64,000 nt of DNA from Mustelus asterias (GCF_964213995.1 NC_135826.1:36704001-36768000); one strand, 5' to 3'. Positions 13,601 to 26,679 are shown, counted from the first letter of the stretch. Numbers and translations are program-made. Notes: generated from the sequence alone by a model not told the origin.

Positions 13601-16600
13601 AGCTTAGCCTATATGTATACACGCAGCAATGTGGTTGACTCTTAAAATGGCCTAGCAAGCCACTCATTTCAAGGGCTATTAGGGGTGAGTAATAAATGCT
13701 GGCCCAGCCAGCGACACCCACATGCCATGAATGAATTTTTTGAAAAGTTAGCTGCCTTAGCCAGGGCAGCAGTTGGTCTCAGCCCTCCTGAGTTACAGAG
13801 CAGGTCATGATGTCTGAACCCGATTGCTTTGCAATGACTTCCTGTTGGATATGTGAGAGAACAGTAAATAAAACAGGATAAAATAGGATGAGGTTCAACT
13901 TTGATATCTTGTGCAATCCAGACAGCTGGCCAACATGCACTCCCAGGTTCATACATAAATAATCACAATCTGGGTGAGCAACCAGAGGGTGGTACCCACA
14001 AAACCAAACGCATTGAGGAGTCAGAAGAGGAGAACAGTGCTGGGAAAACTGAAGAACCAAAACAGGATAAAAGTACCAACACTGCCAGAATTATATTAGG
14101 ATGAACTTCACATTCCAGAGATGAGATTATTATATCAGAGAAGGTTGCCTGAACTTGCTGCAGTGCAATGGCTGTTCACAGCGCTACTGGATATTAAAAG
14201 GAAGAGCCAGAGTCCCAAAGTGATCGAATGTGCCAGATTAATTTTCTCCCTCGTCCTGTTCTCCAATCTGGCAGGCAGGAATCAAACAGAAATCTATTTG
14301 AGGCAATATAACATTCAATTCCTGCTTGATGGGGTCCCATATGTAACAGAATGGCACCTAGAGCTTCTATGAGGAAACTGCCTATCTAACAGAATTCCAG
14401 TGTAGCCCAGGAATGCCTCCAAACTGTAGTTGGGATGCGGCCAGAAAAGTGCGTGTGGGCAACTGATGTGGTTCAATGTTGAAACTCAGTTCCACCTCAA
14501 GCTCCAGTGCCTTCCTCAAAAAGGAGTGGAATTTCTGGGTATCAATCTACAAGTGGATCGAGTGCTACACAGATTTAATACTTGAACCATAAGAATAAAA
14601 GATTATGGCAGCAAAATACAGGAGCCAAGAGGCAAAAGCATCAAGTAGGAGGATGGAGGGTGGATCCCAAAAGCAGGAACCCCCACCACATCAGATTCTC
14701 AGCTCTAACTGACCCTCAACAACTTGCCTCAACAATTTGTCCAGCATTCCGGAGATACTGCAAAGCTGTTCTGAGGTGGAAAAAACAATGGACACAAAGC
14801 AGGAAGGAAAGAAGGGAAAACACAAGAGCTTTAGAGGAGCGGGTCAAGCAGGCACAATAAAGCAGGTTATAGGGCTATCAAAAAGGACAGAGAATGGAAC
14901 AAAAGAAAATGAAAAAAGCTTTTAGAGAATTTTCATAACTTGCTTATGGAGCCACTACAGATTTTAACAGCAACATTGGAAGATCTCTTTTCAACTGTAC
15001 CTTTTCATGAGTGGAGAAGTCGGAAGGACCAGCAGCTACTTCCACCATGATGCTCTCCCCACTCTGAAACACACAGAAACTCATCACTCTTAAGAAACAC
15101 AGCTTCACTTCAAAAAAGATTTCAATGTCCTTTAGAGCTAACAACGAGGTGGAGAATCACAGAATGAGGAAATAATACTTCCCATTCCATTCCCAACAAG
15201 TTACAAGCACCCACTTCACTCAGAACTACCCCGCTCATGATTTAACACTGTTAAGCTGTTTTATTCCTCTTCTTTTTATGCAGGATTTTTCTAGTCATTT
15301 GCTCCAAGTCTGGAGCAAAACAAGATTCTCTCTTAGTGCAGGATGCTTTTAACTGGTGGGCTACTAGGATTCAAACATATCCCACAAGTTCAACAAATTG
15401 GTATTGGCATTATTTTCAAAATGTTTTTCTTCATATTTCTCAATCAGATGGATTAAGGCGGAGTGGTGAGTTGGTCGTATTTTAAAAGATGTGAAAGCTA
15501 CCAAGCGTTTCTGACCCCAGGAGTACAGAAGAAATGGCTTGGCTGACAAACGGAACGGACTGATTGCTGCAAACATCACATATAATTGTTAGCTAAGACT
15601 CCGTGGCCTGCTGGTGACTGAGCAAGATTGCTTACATAAGAAAGAAATAGGAGCAGGAGTAGGCCATCTGGCCCTCCGAGCCTGCCCTGCCATTCAACAA
15701 GATCATGGCTGAACTCATTCCACAGCCAGCTGACAGAGGAGACAGGATTGCATCCTATATGGGAGAGGTAGGAAGCCAGGGTTTAATCAACCGCAACATC
15801 CAATCAATTAGCAATTGGCTCCATTATATTATATTTTAAAAAGTTGGTGACCTCAACATTTGGCCCCTGAACATCACTCACTAATGTTGATCAACTGTGT
15901 TTACATTGCTGAGAAATGGATCGGAGAGAAGATCTCAGATCATAAAACTAAACAGAGCAATAACTTTGCACTGTCATTTATTTTTGTGAATCAAAGATTA
16001 AGGATTCCATATGAAGTTAGTTTTCAGCTTACCCGAGTGAGGAACGGTGTAATGAAGACAAAGAAAATATCATAAACAAAAAGAACCATCAGCAGTAATG
16101 TGCAGGCCTGGAATAAAAAGAGAGCATCATTAGAATTCAGAAATGGTTAATGCTCAAGTTAAATATAAACATTAGAATCATAGAATCCCTACAGTACAGA
16201 AGGAGGCCATTTGGCCCATCAGGCCTGCATCAACAGTAATCCCACCCAGGCCCTATCCCCATAACCGCATGTATTTACCCTGATAATCCCTCTGATACTA
16301 AGGGGCAATTTAGCATGGCCAATCACCCTAACCCGCGTATCTTTGGATTGCGGGAGGAAACCGGAGCACCCGGAGGAAACCCACGCAGACACAGGGAGAA
16401 CGTGCAAACTCCACACCCGAGGCTGGAATTGAACCGGGGTCCCTGGCTCTGTGAGGTAGCAGTGCTAACCACTGTGACATGGTGCCACCCTAGAGTCTGC
16501 AAACTAAAAAAGGTTAAATATAAGAACCACAGAATTTACGAATGGTTAATAATGTAACCTTCTCAATTAGTCCAGCAACCAATACAAAATCAAGATCCTG

Positions 16601-19600
16601 CAAACAGCTATGTGGTGAAACAATTGAGTCAGTGACACACAATTTGATTAAACAATAACTTTCTCTTTCCTTTATTGATCACACTGACCGTAATAGGCTA
16701 CAGTTTCTCATGTATCGACTCCCTGCTGGTTAACAGCTCCCCACGTGCTTGACTCACTGCTGGGTAATAGTTCCCCACACACTGACTACCTGCTGGTACA
16801 TGTAACTAAAAGTTTGACAGCTTCTGATACCTTGCCCAAATGGTCATTTCTTGCATGTCCTTTTAGAAGCTGGCAACTTAAAGAGAACAACAGTTTTGCC
16901 TGACTTCATCACCCAGCATTTACACCAATGCAATTTACAAGAGGTCACTAGATAGTTTCGCTCTCCACAAATGCTGTCAGTCTTGAAGAGTTTTCCAGCA
17001 TTTTCTGTTTTTATTTCAGAATTCCAGCATCGGCAGTGTTTTATTTTTATGTCACTAGATAGCTGGAACCCCCTAATTTTCACCCTCACTACACTTTACT
17101 TTTTGCATCACGAGGAAGCTTACTAAGGAATAATCCAGATGCTGCTGCTGTTGACATAAAATATTTTAAATTACTGATTAACTATTCGCATAAATTGCTG
17201 GGAAATTACACAGCAAACAAATGTGACCTCTAAAGCAGATTGGACAATGGTCGGCTCCTTTGGCCAATAATTTCTTGGATAGTCTACAGTACTTTAGAAT
17301 TAATTCACAAAATGCTACACAAGTACAAAAGGTTATTTGACCCATAATACATGCTTCCACATGCCAAAGTTTTAATAATAAACCAGCACCAGCGAAAACT
17401 GATGTACACATCAGCTGAGAAGTTAATTATTTTTGGCAGCCCAGAAAGAATACAATAGCAATGGATAAAAAGGCGCAGAGCAGATTTATTAGGATACCAT
17501 TGGGAATGGAGGCTTCAATTATGAATAGGCTTCAGGTGTTAGGAACCTTTTCACTCAAGTGGTGAAAGCTAACAAATGACTTGACAGAGGTGTTCAAGAT
17601 TAAGAACTGTTAGAAGGTACAGAGTCACAAATTGTTTCCATTTTATAGGGGGACATTAACGAAAGGGCACACATTAAAAATGGTAACAGAAAGAATTAAA
17701 GGAGAGGTTAGAAATAAAATTCTTTGGCAGTAACTGTTGCTGAAGCAGGTTTCAGAAGTTATTTTAAATAGCTGTTTTGAAAAAGAAAAAGCAATCAGGA
17801 CAATGGGATTCAACTCTATGGCAAGCGTGAAGAAAACCCCCATGCAGACTTAACAGACTGAATGACCTGTTTCCATGCTGGAACATTTCTAATTCTTTAT
17901 TGATTACGCTGAAGGTACGAAATGGATATGTTAGTGGTTGATCTAATCGCACAAATCAGATTCTGAATAATTTAAGATAATATACAGTACCCTCAGGACT
18001 AGATTACAATTCCAAAAATATTCAGGCGCATCATTAAAATACGCCACTAACTGACATTCTATGACTATTTTTGTGAATAGTTATTGCCGAGCTACTTGCC
18101 GCAGTTTTGCAATGGCCAGTTGCAGCAGTCTCTCTTGCAGCCAATGGATTGAGCGGCCAGTAGCAAAAGACATGTGAAATTGGACTCTTTTAAAAAAAAA
18201 AAGCCCGGCATCTCATTTTTGTGCAAGAAATGTGAAATGATCCAGTAATAAAAAGCATTTACTTGTGATTTTTAAAAATCTGTTCATGTGATGTGTGACG
18301 TTGCTGGCTGGGCCAATATCTGTTGCCCATTCCAGAGAGCATTTAAGATTCAACCAAATTGCTGTGGCTCTGGAGTCCCAAGCATTAACCTGTTGGACTT
18401 TAACCTGGTGTTGTGAGACTTCTTACTGTCCCAAGCAGGCCAGACCAGGAAGCATGACAGATTTCCTTTCCTAAAGGACATTAGTGAACCAGATGGGTTT
18501 TTACAACAATCAACAATAGTTCCTGATCATCATTAGACTTTAAATTCAAGAGTATTATTGAATTCAGATCTCACCATCCATGGTGGGATTTGAACCCTGG
18601 TCCCCAGAGCATTATCCTGGATCTCTGGACTAGTCCAGCGACAATAAACACTACGCCACTGCCTCCCCAATTTCAATAAATGAAACGTAATCACTTTATA
18701 ATACATGGCACTTCCAATGCCAATTAAACTAAAGCCAGGAACCAGCAACTGATATGAAAAGAGTATGACATCCAACATGTCCGAATGTCAAACAACAAAT
18801 ATGTTTGAGGTTTCTCAAATAATCAAGCGAGGACAACACAGCCTGTTGCTGCTCCTTCTACTGTAGCAGAACAAAATCGCTCAGCAGAATGAGTAGGCAA
18901 TGGAATTACATTCTATCAGATCCTTCCAGTTAACAAAATTCACAGTGTGACCTGACATTGGATTATACAATAAAGCTACTGATATTACTTCACTATGCCT
19001 GATCTCCGCCCAGGCTAGCACTAACGCTGATAGATGATCTGGCATTCTTACTTGTAAGGAGGCAATAACAATGATCATAATCCAGTTTTTGCGCATTACT
19101 GTCATTGTTATACACTCTTTTGTATATGTGACAACAGACTGCTCTAAGATAGGTCTACCCTTGCCAGTAGAACTGAGGTACACCAACCATGCCACCCTAA
19201 GGTTTTGGGTCTCTGCATAAACATTGGCCTCTGATACACGTGAACCCTGGCCTTCAATGTTAACAGGACAGCTCTAGTCTATAATTTGCAGTTAGCACCA
19301 CCTAGCACTTTAAATGGAAATTACTACACATATGTCACAGGCTTTGGATAGATTGAAACTGATTTAACTTCTGGTTCTAGTCAAAGCACATCAGCCAGAA
19401 ACGTTACTCTCTTTCTCTCTTGATAGATACATTTTTGTTTTTTATTGCTGGTTTAAATGCTCCCAAATCCTGATCACACTAACGGAAGTGTTTCAGAAGG
19501 ATTTCCGAAAGTATGATTGTAATTATGGAGTCACAATGGTTAACACGAGGTAGAGTGAGTAATTAAGAAAGCAAATTGTATGTTAGCATTTACTGTAATA

Positions 19601-22600
19601 GGACTGGCATATAAGAGTAAAGAAGTGTTACTGCAATTGTACAGGGTCTTGGTGAGACCACACCTGGGGTGACATAGTGTTTTGGTCTCCTTACCTCGGA
19701 AAGGATATGCCGCCTTTGAGGGAGTGCCATGGAAGTTCACTACTAATTCCTGGGATGACATGGTTGTCTAACAAGGACTGATTAAGTAAACTGGTCATAT
19801 ATTCTCTGGAGTTTCAAAGAATGAGAGGTGATCACATTGAAACATCTAAAATTGTATAAAAATGAGCTCGACAGGATAGATGTTAGGAGAATGTATCCCC
19901 GGACAGGAGAGTCTATAAATAGGGATCAGAGTCTCAAAATAAAGGGTTCATCATTTAGGATTGAGATGGGGAGAAATTTCTTCACTCCAAAGATTGGGAA
20001 CCTTTGGAATTCTCTATCACAGAGAGCAGTGGATGCACTGGCATTGAGAATATTCAAGACAAAGATCGATTTATGGAAGGTGACCAGTGGGGAAAGTCAT
20101 AACTGAAGTGGAAGATACGCCACAATTTCATTGAATGTCACAGCAGAGGCTAAATGGGTCACTCCTCCTATTTCTTTTGTCCTTATGAAGTTAGAGGAGC
20201 TGTTGCTACTCTCCACATTCTTACACCCAGAATATCAGATGCAGCATTTACTGCGAGGGAGTTCACACTGCTTAATGCAAGAGCATCTAACAACAGATTG
20301 TTCATAGTCTGAATATGGCCAATGAACACTTTTCACCTGGCTCCTGCTACTTCTCCAATTAATGGTACAAGTTAAGTTTCAGCTCGCAGTGAAACTACCA
20401 TTCATGGAAATCAGCTCTGCTCACTAATATAAGAGACACTGCGCAGAGAAGTAGCTCAGCTTCATCCCGTGAAACTCCTCGACCTGCTGGACTTGAAAAA
20501 GCTGAAGCGTCTCACTACCTCAGCACTGAAATGGCTCACAGATCATGCTCTACCATTTTTATGCAATGCAGAAGATTTGGAGGAGGGATTGGAAATGAAT
20601 GCGTAAGAAATTGATGAAAGTGCACCTGCAGTGGATAATGGTCCTTAAGTATTTGAAACATAAAATGCATGAGGAAAGATCAACTTTTCAGGTGATGGCT
20701 AACTTCACCCAGCAGCTGGAACATCTACTATGAGCACTCAGTCACTCCGCACATTAGTCACTGCGTCATGTTTGGATCAGCTGATAGAAAGGATAGTGAG
20801 CTTTTAAAATATTCTTTGCAGTCATTACATCACAACAGCTAATATTCCCAAGAAATTGAGGCACAGTACCTTAAAAGTTGGTAGTCTGATTGTTTTCAAC
20901 ATGTAAAGACAAAAGGCAATTCCCAGGGTGTCTTGCAAGACCCAGGCCCACCTATGAAAGAGAATCCATTCAGTGTCTCAAGCTCAAGGTCCATACAGTA
21001 ATTTATTGAACATACATGGGACAAGCACAAATTTGATGCTATGCAATATTGCTATACACTGATTCATCAGTGCAAACCAACCTTGGTCCCTAAGCCACTT
21101 ACTTGAGATGTCCAGTTAAAAAAAAATCTTTGCAAACTCAAGTAATTTTAAAAGCAGCAACTTATAATGACTCAAGACATATCAAACAATGAGAAAACCA
21201 AGTGTACGCTTTTACAATTAATACAATACAAATAGAAATGTATAATGGATGCAATGTGAACATTTAGTGAATAAATTACATGGTAATAATTTAAGTTATG
21301 ATATTGTCATCAGGCTTTTCCCCTTTATTTTAGAAAACATAATTTTTCAAACAACTAGAAATTTTGCAGTTTAAACTGAGAACAAACTGCTTAAAAGTGC
21401 AAGGCCACATTTCCAACTTGAAGACTATAAACAAATCACCCTCAGGGAGTGTGGAGAGAGAGAGAGAGATTCCCTGTAATCCAGAAACCCATTGAAACTC
21501 ATTACTGTTAAGAGTCATAAATGCAAAGTACTAGATATTGAAACAATGGCTGTCACAGGCAAACACGCCCAAATTCTTTTGGAAATACACAAGGCTGCCC
21601 AGCCACTTTAGAGAGATTGAAAGTGACGCAGGTGGATAAAGTCTTCAGCAGAGAAAACAGGCTGAAGGCTGCTTTCTCCCTCTCTCTTTTGGAGAACACT
21701 ACTCTATTAGAAACCTACCCAGTGAACTGAAATTTCATATCAAAGCAACATCTTCTGCACCAGACCACACCCAAGAAACCAGCTAACCCAAATTGGTTGC
21801 GGCGTTTAAAACATACGCCTCAAAGGATACTTAAGCATATACCCTTCTATCTTTTAAAAAATTGGACTCTTAACTCCCCTTATTTGTGATCCTCTGTGTG
21901 CATGTGGGCCTCCAAGTGACTGCATTAGGGCCGAATGCTTGACATCACATTATTATGTTTCTTGGACTTGGTGGTTAATGAATGTTCTCTTTCTTTGAAT
22001 CATGAAAACCTTGTTTGATTGGCTCTTTATTGCTTAACAGTTTAAATAGTTAAATGCACTCTGATTTGGAAAGAAAACATATTCTTGTGAAAAAGAAACT
22101 TAAACCTTTGATGTGACCAACCTAGGAGGTTAAATAGAGGGAAGCCAGTTCACCTCTTCTCACCTGGTCATAACAAAATTAGACAGTGAGATTAATGTCT
22201 GAATTTCATGGTGTGAACATAGGTGTATAACTTAAGAGTGAATATCAGTGTATGAATTGGAATGAATTAGTGTACAAGTTGCACTATTGTAAATGTAACT
22301 GTATAATAACTATAATGCTATATAAATAGGTGATTGCACTAAATTCCTTATCACAGAAGTGGATTAAAGTCAACTAACAGATAAGGACTCTCACATAATG
22401 GTTTAAGAATTAGAACATAAATAGTAACACTACATATTTTGAAGACCAGGGAATGTGAACAAGTATGAATAATAACCACTCATCTTCAAGATGTAAAAAG
22501 CTAAAGACGGTAAATGCTGGGAATCTGAAAATGAAAGTGATGGGAAACACCTACATCATATACAGGAATAGAGTAGCTGATTTTATCATAGCTTGAAAAT

Positions 22601-25600
22601 TCAACAGCATTTTGTTGGAGTGAAATCAAAGTAAAGGACATAAAATGGTTACCGGCACACAAAATGGACTCTGGGAAAGGACATTAAGAGGCACTGACTT
22701 TGGGCACAGACATTACACAAAGAGTTAAAACCTGTAGCGTTTAAATTACTGCAGGAAACAGGTCAGACCTTGAGGCACCTTAAACTTGAGATAAAAGCAG
22801 ACCCAGAACAATGAGTTTGATAACGAGATCAGCCACTGATGGGGACATAAATGCATAAATGTATATAACAAGATCAGCCATTGATAGAGGACATAACTGC
22901 ATAAATGTATCTACTCTATGTACAATGATGTGATAACTGTCAATATCCGTACTTGTCTATGTATAACGATATGTTAACTGTCGATGTCCCTATCTGTCTA
23001 CTCAACCTGTAACGATGTGCTAACGGCTAATGTCCGTACAGTCTATTATCTAAAAAGTATAAAAGATGCTCAACTACCATTGTGTAGTTGAGAAGGTGAC
23101 TGCCTGTACTGCGGAGTGCCAGCGCTTCTCCCAAAGCTTTGCCCGAATAAAACTGTTTGTTGAACCTCCAAGTCTGACTCTGAAGTGGTGAATTTCCCAC
23201 AACAGTTTAAATAGGAGCAGAATGTTTAGGAGGAAAAGGAAAGGAGTATACAGAGAAGAAGAAGCAATCATCTGCAGCATGTTTCAAAGAAAATGAGAAG
23301 ATGGTAGGATGATAGTGATGAAATTTGTTTAGACATGGGAGGAAACCTCATCTTAAAACATTAAGAGAAATGAGGGAGGCAATGATTGTGTGAAAAACTG
23401 AATCAGTAGATGGAGCGATAACTCAAGTGAAAAGCCAATGGTAAGGCTATTGGAAAAGAACACGATTATCAGTCCAAAGTGCACTGTCGGCAACGGATAC
23501 AATATGCGAAAAAAGGAAGCACATAGAAATCCTAAAATAAACAACCAGGTAATGTTGTTGTAACGTAAGTAATGTTACTTACTTGTCTTCATTTCTGAAT
23601 ACCGCCCACACACAACTGACAGAGACACAAAACATGCCCAGAACCAACATCCGTACTTGGGGACGTTTGTGACTACATGGTAGGTCTGGAATCCTGAATA
23701 GTAGAATAGAGAAGACAGGTTATCAGGTAATGGGCAAGGGGATAATTCTAAATTCAGGGTTGTTGTAAATTGATATTAAAAACTGAATTTAAAAAGAACA
23801 TATTTTAAGTTACCTGCATTCACAGAAAGGAATCCTCCCTACAAACGGGGACAAGCAGCTGTAAAGTCCAATGGAGGAGGCAAGGCAGAAAATGCCTATG
23901 ATTACGTACACTGGTTTTGAAACAAGGAAGAAACATAGAAAAGCTGCTTATCTCATGTGGCTTTTTAATATTTGAAAGTGTCACAGTAATTACTAAATCT
24001 GTCCCCTCAAGTGTTGCACTTGGAACCAAGCAGCCAATTTCAACCAAAAAAATTCCATGTCATCTGTTTTAGAGAATTTTCTTTTTGAATGGTGGTGTTA
24101 ATGAATGAGTGGAACCTGTGAATTTCTTGCAATGTTTAACACAGTTACACTCACCAGGCCAAAAAACATGTTCCACCACAGGAATAGATATATCGGGGCA
24201 CAGTGGTTAGCACTGCTGCCTCACAGCTCCAGCAACCTGGGTTCGATTCCCGGCTTGGGTCACTGTCTGTGTGGAGTTTGCACATTCTTCTCGTGTCTGC
24301 GTGGGTTTCCTCCGGGTGCTCCGGTTTCCTCCCACAGTCCAAAGATGTGTGGGTTAGGTTAATTGGCCTTGCTAAATTGCCCCTTAGTGTCCCGGGATGC
24401 GTAGATTAGAGGGATTAGCGGGTAAATATGTAGGGATATGGGGATAGGGCCTGGGTGGGATCGTGGTCGGTGCAGACTTGATGGGCCGAATGGCCTCTTT
24501 CTGCACTGTAGGGTTTCTATGATTGTTAGAATATTTCAACCATCAACCAACAGTAAGAACATAACCTACTGTGCAAAGTGTAACTTCTGGCACCAAACTT
24601 GCAGGCGTTTAGCCCACTCCCAGGTACTTGGAAATTCAGGAACCCATTACATACCTAGCTGATGATAGAAGTAGTAAAGGAGCACCAGCATTGAGCAACA
24701 CATAACCACAAAAATACAGATCATAATTGGTGTAACATCGACAGTTTCATCATCCTGTTTGTCTGCCCCGTCATGCTTGTGTTTCATGTAGCGCCTTAAA
24801 CAGGAACAGAAAACATTAAAATTGTCATCATATTTCACGAAGAGTGAAAAAGTAACTACCTAGATGCATATTTGATACAATTTTTAAAAATTGATTCATG
24901 GGATGTGAGCATTTGCTGTCCGAGCTCTTAATGATTATGAGGAGGTGGCGATGAGCCATGGCAGTCCATGTGGTGCAAATACACCCACAGTGCTGTCAGG
25001 GAGGGGGTTCCAGGATTTTGACCCAGTGACAGTGAAGGAGAATCAGGATGGTGTGTGAATTGGAAGGGAACCTACAGGTGGTGGTGTTCCCATGTCTCCA
25101 GCGTAGTGCAGTTGCTCGGAGAAAGGCGCACAAGTAAGACTGGTGACTAGAACATGCTTTGACAATTTTGCTTGTGATGTATTCTCAGTACGTATTGGTC
25201 CTGTTGGACAGAGAATCATAAAGGAATTTTGGCTTGCTCCAGAGGTTTCTCCGAAGAATGAGAGATTCAGAGGAGCGTTTGTTTCCATTATAGTTGGGTG
25301 GAGTCAGATGGTATGAATATGACCTCTGCAGCCAATGGTAAAGTAATTTCAGTATACGCAATGGCACTAACCATCCAACTTCAAAGTAATTGATCGCAGA
25401 GGATTGCAACACTAAATAGCTGAGGGAAAATAGAATCGCAATTGTGCAAATAACATTCCAAAGTGTTTTTGTTTTGCAAACGCTCTCTGGCAGGTTCAAC
25501 CCAGATAACAGGGGGAGGGAGTATCCACAGTTATCAATCAAATAGCTCCCTACACACTAACTGCTCATTTCCACACTGCTGGAATCACCTACTTTTTCAC

Positions 25601-25732
25601 ATCTTTGCTTCCTGCCCAGTAACCACCAATGGCTACTGTCCCGACCGCCATGACGAAGATAACGACCATGTTATAATCCAGGAACGGTTCGTTTGGCGCA
25701 TACATCGCTACTTTGATCGATTTCCCAAAAGT
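7429..25732 (-). CDS. SPPL2B: Signal peptide peptidase-like 2B (GxGD intramembrane aspartyl protease), 5'-partial; join of exons 25593-25732, 24655-24794, 23814-23910, 23583-23693, 20870-20951, 16033-16107, 15001-15063, 12868-12967, 12347-12424, 10168-10328, 8064-8123, 7429-7620
   Basis: Twelve GT-AG exons splice in frame (1299 nt, 432 aa plus stop). The translation matches vertebrate SPPL2B: LDYNMVVIFVMAVGTVAIGGYWAG, FVYDIFFVFITP (YD), LLGFGDVLIPG (GxGD), GQPALLYLVP (PAL). Head-to-head with LSM7 as in human. Confidence 0.95.
8064..8123 (-). CDS. SPPL2B: Probable SPPL2B cytosolic-tail exon: INSHDVNLCVASPPPTASKL
   Basis: 60 nt, phase 0-0, no stop, acceptor tttcag, perfect gtaagt donor; no recalled protein homology. 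Confidence 0.6.
10168..10328 (-). CDS. SPPL2B: SPPL2B exon with PAL motif: AYGIGLLITFVALALMQTGQPALLYLVPCTLITSISVACWRKEVAMFWNGSGFA
   Basis: Inside ORF 10147..10398; QPALLYL motif; acceptor ccacag, donor gtgaat. Confidence 0.95.
11270..12110 (-). mobile_element. CR1/L2-clade LINE 3' fragment (second family; also about 4385-4800, 24880-25100, 26095-26570, 35050-35570 on minus and 32170-32430 on plus)
   Basis: Shared tail TTCATGGGATGTGGGCGTCGCTGGCTAGGCCAGCATTTATTGCCCATCCC; minus strand encodes IYMAQVR..LECL..IQDKAA-like ORF2 remnants. Confidence 0.75.
12347..12424 (-). CDS. SPPL2B: SPPL2B exon: GMLVAYCHRFDIQVQTSRIYFVACTI
   Basis: Inside ORF 12273..12464; acceptor tttcag, donor gtaagt. Confidence 0.95.
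12868..12967 (-). CDS. SPPL2B: SPPL2B exon with catalytic GxGD: LPMVLKVPRLNSSPLALCDRPFSLLGFGDVLIP
   Basis: LGFGD motif; acceptor cctcag, donor gtgaac. Confidence 0.95.
15001..15063 (-). CDS. SPPL2B: SPPL2B exon: SGESIMVEVAAGPSDFSTHEK
   Basis: Inside ORF 14944..15144; acceptor gtttcag, donor gtacag. Confidence 0.93.
16033..16107 (-). CDS. SPPL2B: SPPL2B exon with catalytic YD: ACTLLLMVLFVYDIFFVFITPFLTR
   Basis: YD motif; acceptor ttccag, donor gtaagc. Confidence 0.95.
16175..16490 (-). mobile_element. HE1-type V-SINE
   Basis: Reverse complement of the SINE at 3163. Confidence 0.88.
18385..18427 (+). mobile_element. 43-bp Penelope terminal fragment with 10-bp target duplication
   Basis: AACCTGTTGGACTTTAACCTGGTGTTGTG is identical to 57167-57195; flanked by GTCCCAAGCA at 18375-18384 and 18428-18437. 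Confidence 0.75.
19540..20190 (+). mobile_element. CR1 LINE 3' fragment
   Basis: LYRVLVRPHL, FRIEMGRNFFT, NLWNSL; CR1 3' tail. Confidence 0.8.
20870..20951 (-). CDS. SPPL2B: SPPL2B exon: WAWVLQDTLGIAFCLYMLKTIRLPTFK
   Basis: Manual translation; acceptor ttcatag, GT donor. Confidence 0.95.
21294..22175. mobile_element. Possible old LTR-like element
   Basis: Ends in TGGTCATAACA like the element at 46804; left end and TSD not resolved. Confidence 0.35.
22613..23204 (+). mobile_element. Solo LTR (about 590 bp) in an SPPL2B intron, antisense to the gene
   Basis: TGTTG...CAACA termini, flanks ATTT/GTTT (near 4-bp TSD), tandem U3-like repeats 22820-23045, TATAAAA about 23058, AATAAA about 23146. 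Confidence 0.8.
23583..23693 (-). CDS. SPPL2B: SPPL2B exon: IPDLPCSHKRPQVRMLVLGMFCVSVSCVWAVFRNED
   Basis: Manual translation; acceptor tattcag, donor gtaagt. Confidence 0.93.
23814..23910 (-). CDS. SPPL2B: SPPL2B exon: VYVIIGIFCLASSIGLYSCLSPFVGRIPFCECR
   Basis: Manual translation; AG/GT boundaries; phase consistent with neighbours. Confidence 0.93.
24196..24525 (+). mobile_element. HE1-type V-SINE
   Basis: Full head, V-domain and tail. Confidence 0.88.
24655..24794 (-). CDS. SPPL2B: SPPL2B exon: RYMKHKHDGADKQDDETVDVTPIMICIFVVMCCSMLVLLYYFYHQL
   Basis: Inside ORF 24647..24838; acceptor tttaag, donor gtatgt. Confidence 0.95.
25593..25732 (-). CDS. SPPL2B: SPPL2B exon (first visible, about human exon 5): TFGKSIKVAMYAPNEPFLDYNMVVIFVMAVGTVAIGGYWAGSKDVK
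   Basis: Acceptor ...ccgcaacag and donor gtaggt on the minus strand; first transmembrane segment. Confidence 0.93.
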
Positions 25733-25809
25733 CTGTTGCGGAAATAAATCATTTTATTCAAAAAAAATGTGTTCATTTAATTTTACCAGTTGAAAGGTTA
25801 CACGTCAAA

Positions 25810-26010
25810 ACATAAAAATAAATTGCTGCGGATGCTGGAATCCGAAACAAAAACAGAAAATGCTGGAAAGTCTCAGCAGGTCTGACAGCATCTGTAGAGA
25901 GAGAACAGAAGCACGGTTTCAAGTGGTCATCCAGACTTGAAACGTTAGCTCTACTCCCTCTCCACAGATGCCGTCAGGCATGCAGAGATTTTCCAGCATT
26001 TTCTGTTTGT
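25810..26010. mobile_element. Palindromic Penelope-derived short element
   Basis: acagaaaatgctggaaagtctc...tctgtagagagag pairs with ctctccacagatg...gagattttccagcattttctgt; related fragments near 10790-10900, 16945-17050, 22500, 55590, 55700. Confidence 0.6.
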
Positions 26011-26679
26011 GTACACATGAGACATCACTGGCTTTTGCAGGATTTAAAACAGTAACACGTTAACAGAAGTGGTGCAAAATGAGAAATCTGATTTTTAAAA
26101 ACTCGTTCATGGGATGAGGGTGTCGCTGGCTAGGCCAGCATTTATTGCCCATCCCTAATTGCCCCTGAGAAGGTGGCAGTGAGCTGCCGCCTTGAACTGC
26201 TGCAGTTCATGTGTTGCAGCAACACCCATAGTGCTTTAGGAAGGGAGCACCAGGATTTTGAGCTAGCAAGGAACAGTGACATAGTTCCAAGAAGAACGGT
26301 ATATGACTTTGAGGGAAACTAGGAGGTAGAGTGTTCCCATGCATCTGCTGCCCCCCCCCCGTCCTTCTAGGTGGTAGAGGTCACAAGATAGGAAGGTGCT
26401 GTTGAAGGAGTCTTGGCAAGTTCCTGCTATAGATTATACACACTGATGCCCCTGTGCATCAGTCTAGAGAGTGAATGTTGAAGATGGTGAATGGGGTGCC
26501 AAATCAAGTGGACTGCCTTGATCTGGATAGTGTCAAGCTTCTGAGCGTGTTGGAGCTGCATTCACCACGGCTAGCTGAGTATTAAACTTCCAATACTATT
26601 CTGCTTGCATGTTCTCTAATCCTTAGGAATAATGATCAGTACCAGGGTGTGTAGATATTGTGTCATTGGGGGTGTCACA

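Noticed and set aside
24105-24409. Recurrent ORFs such as MVSTAASQ...[21 protein letters not shown] (also near 240, 3161, 16219, 45464, 50623, 62890)
   Set aside because: Translations of V-SINE copies, not a gene family.
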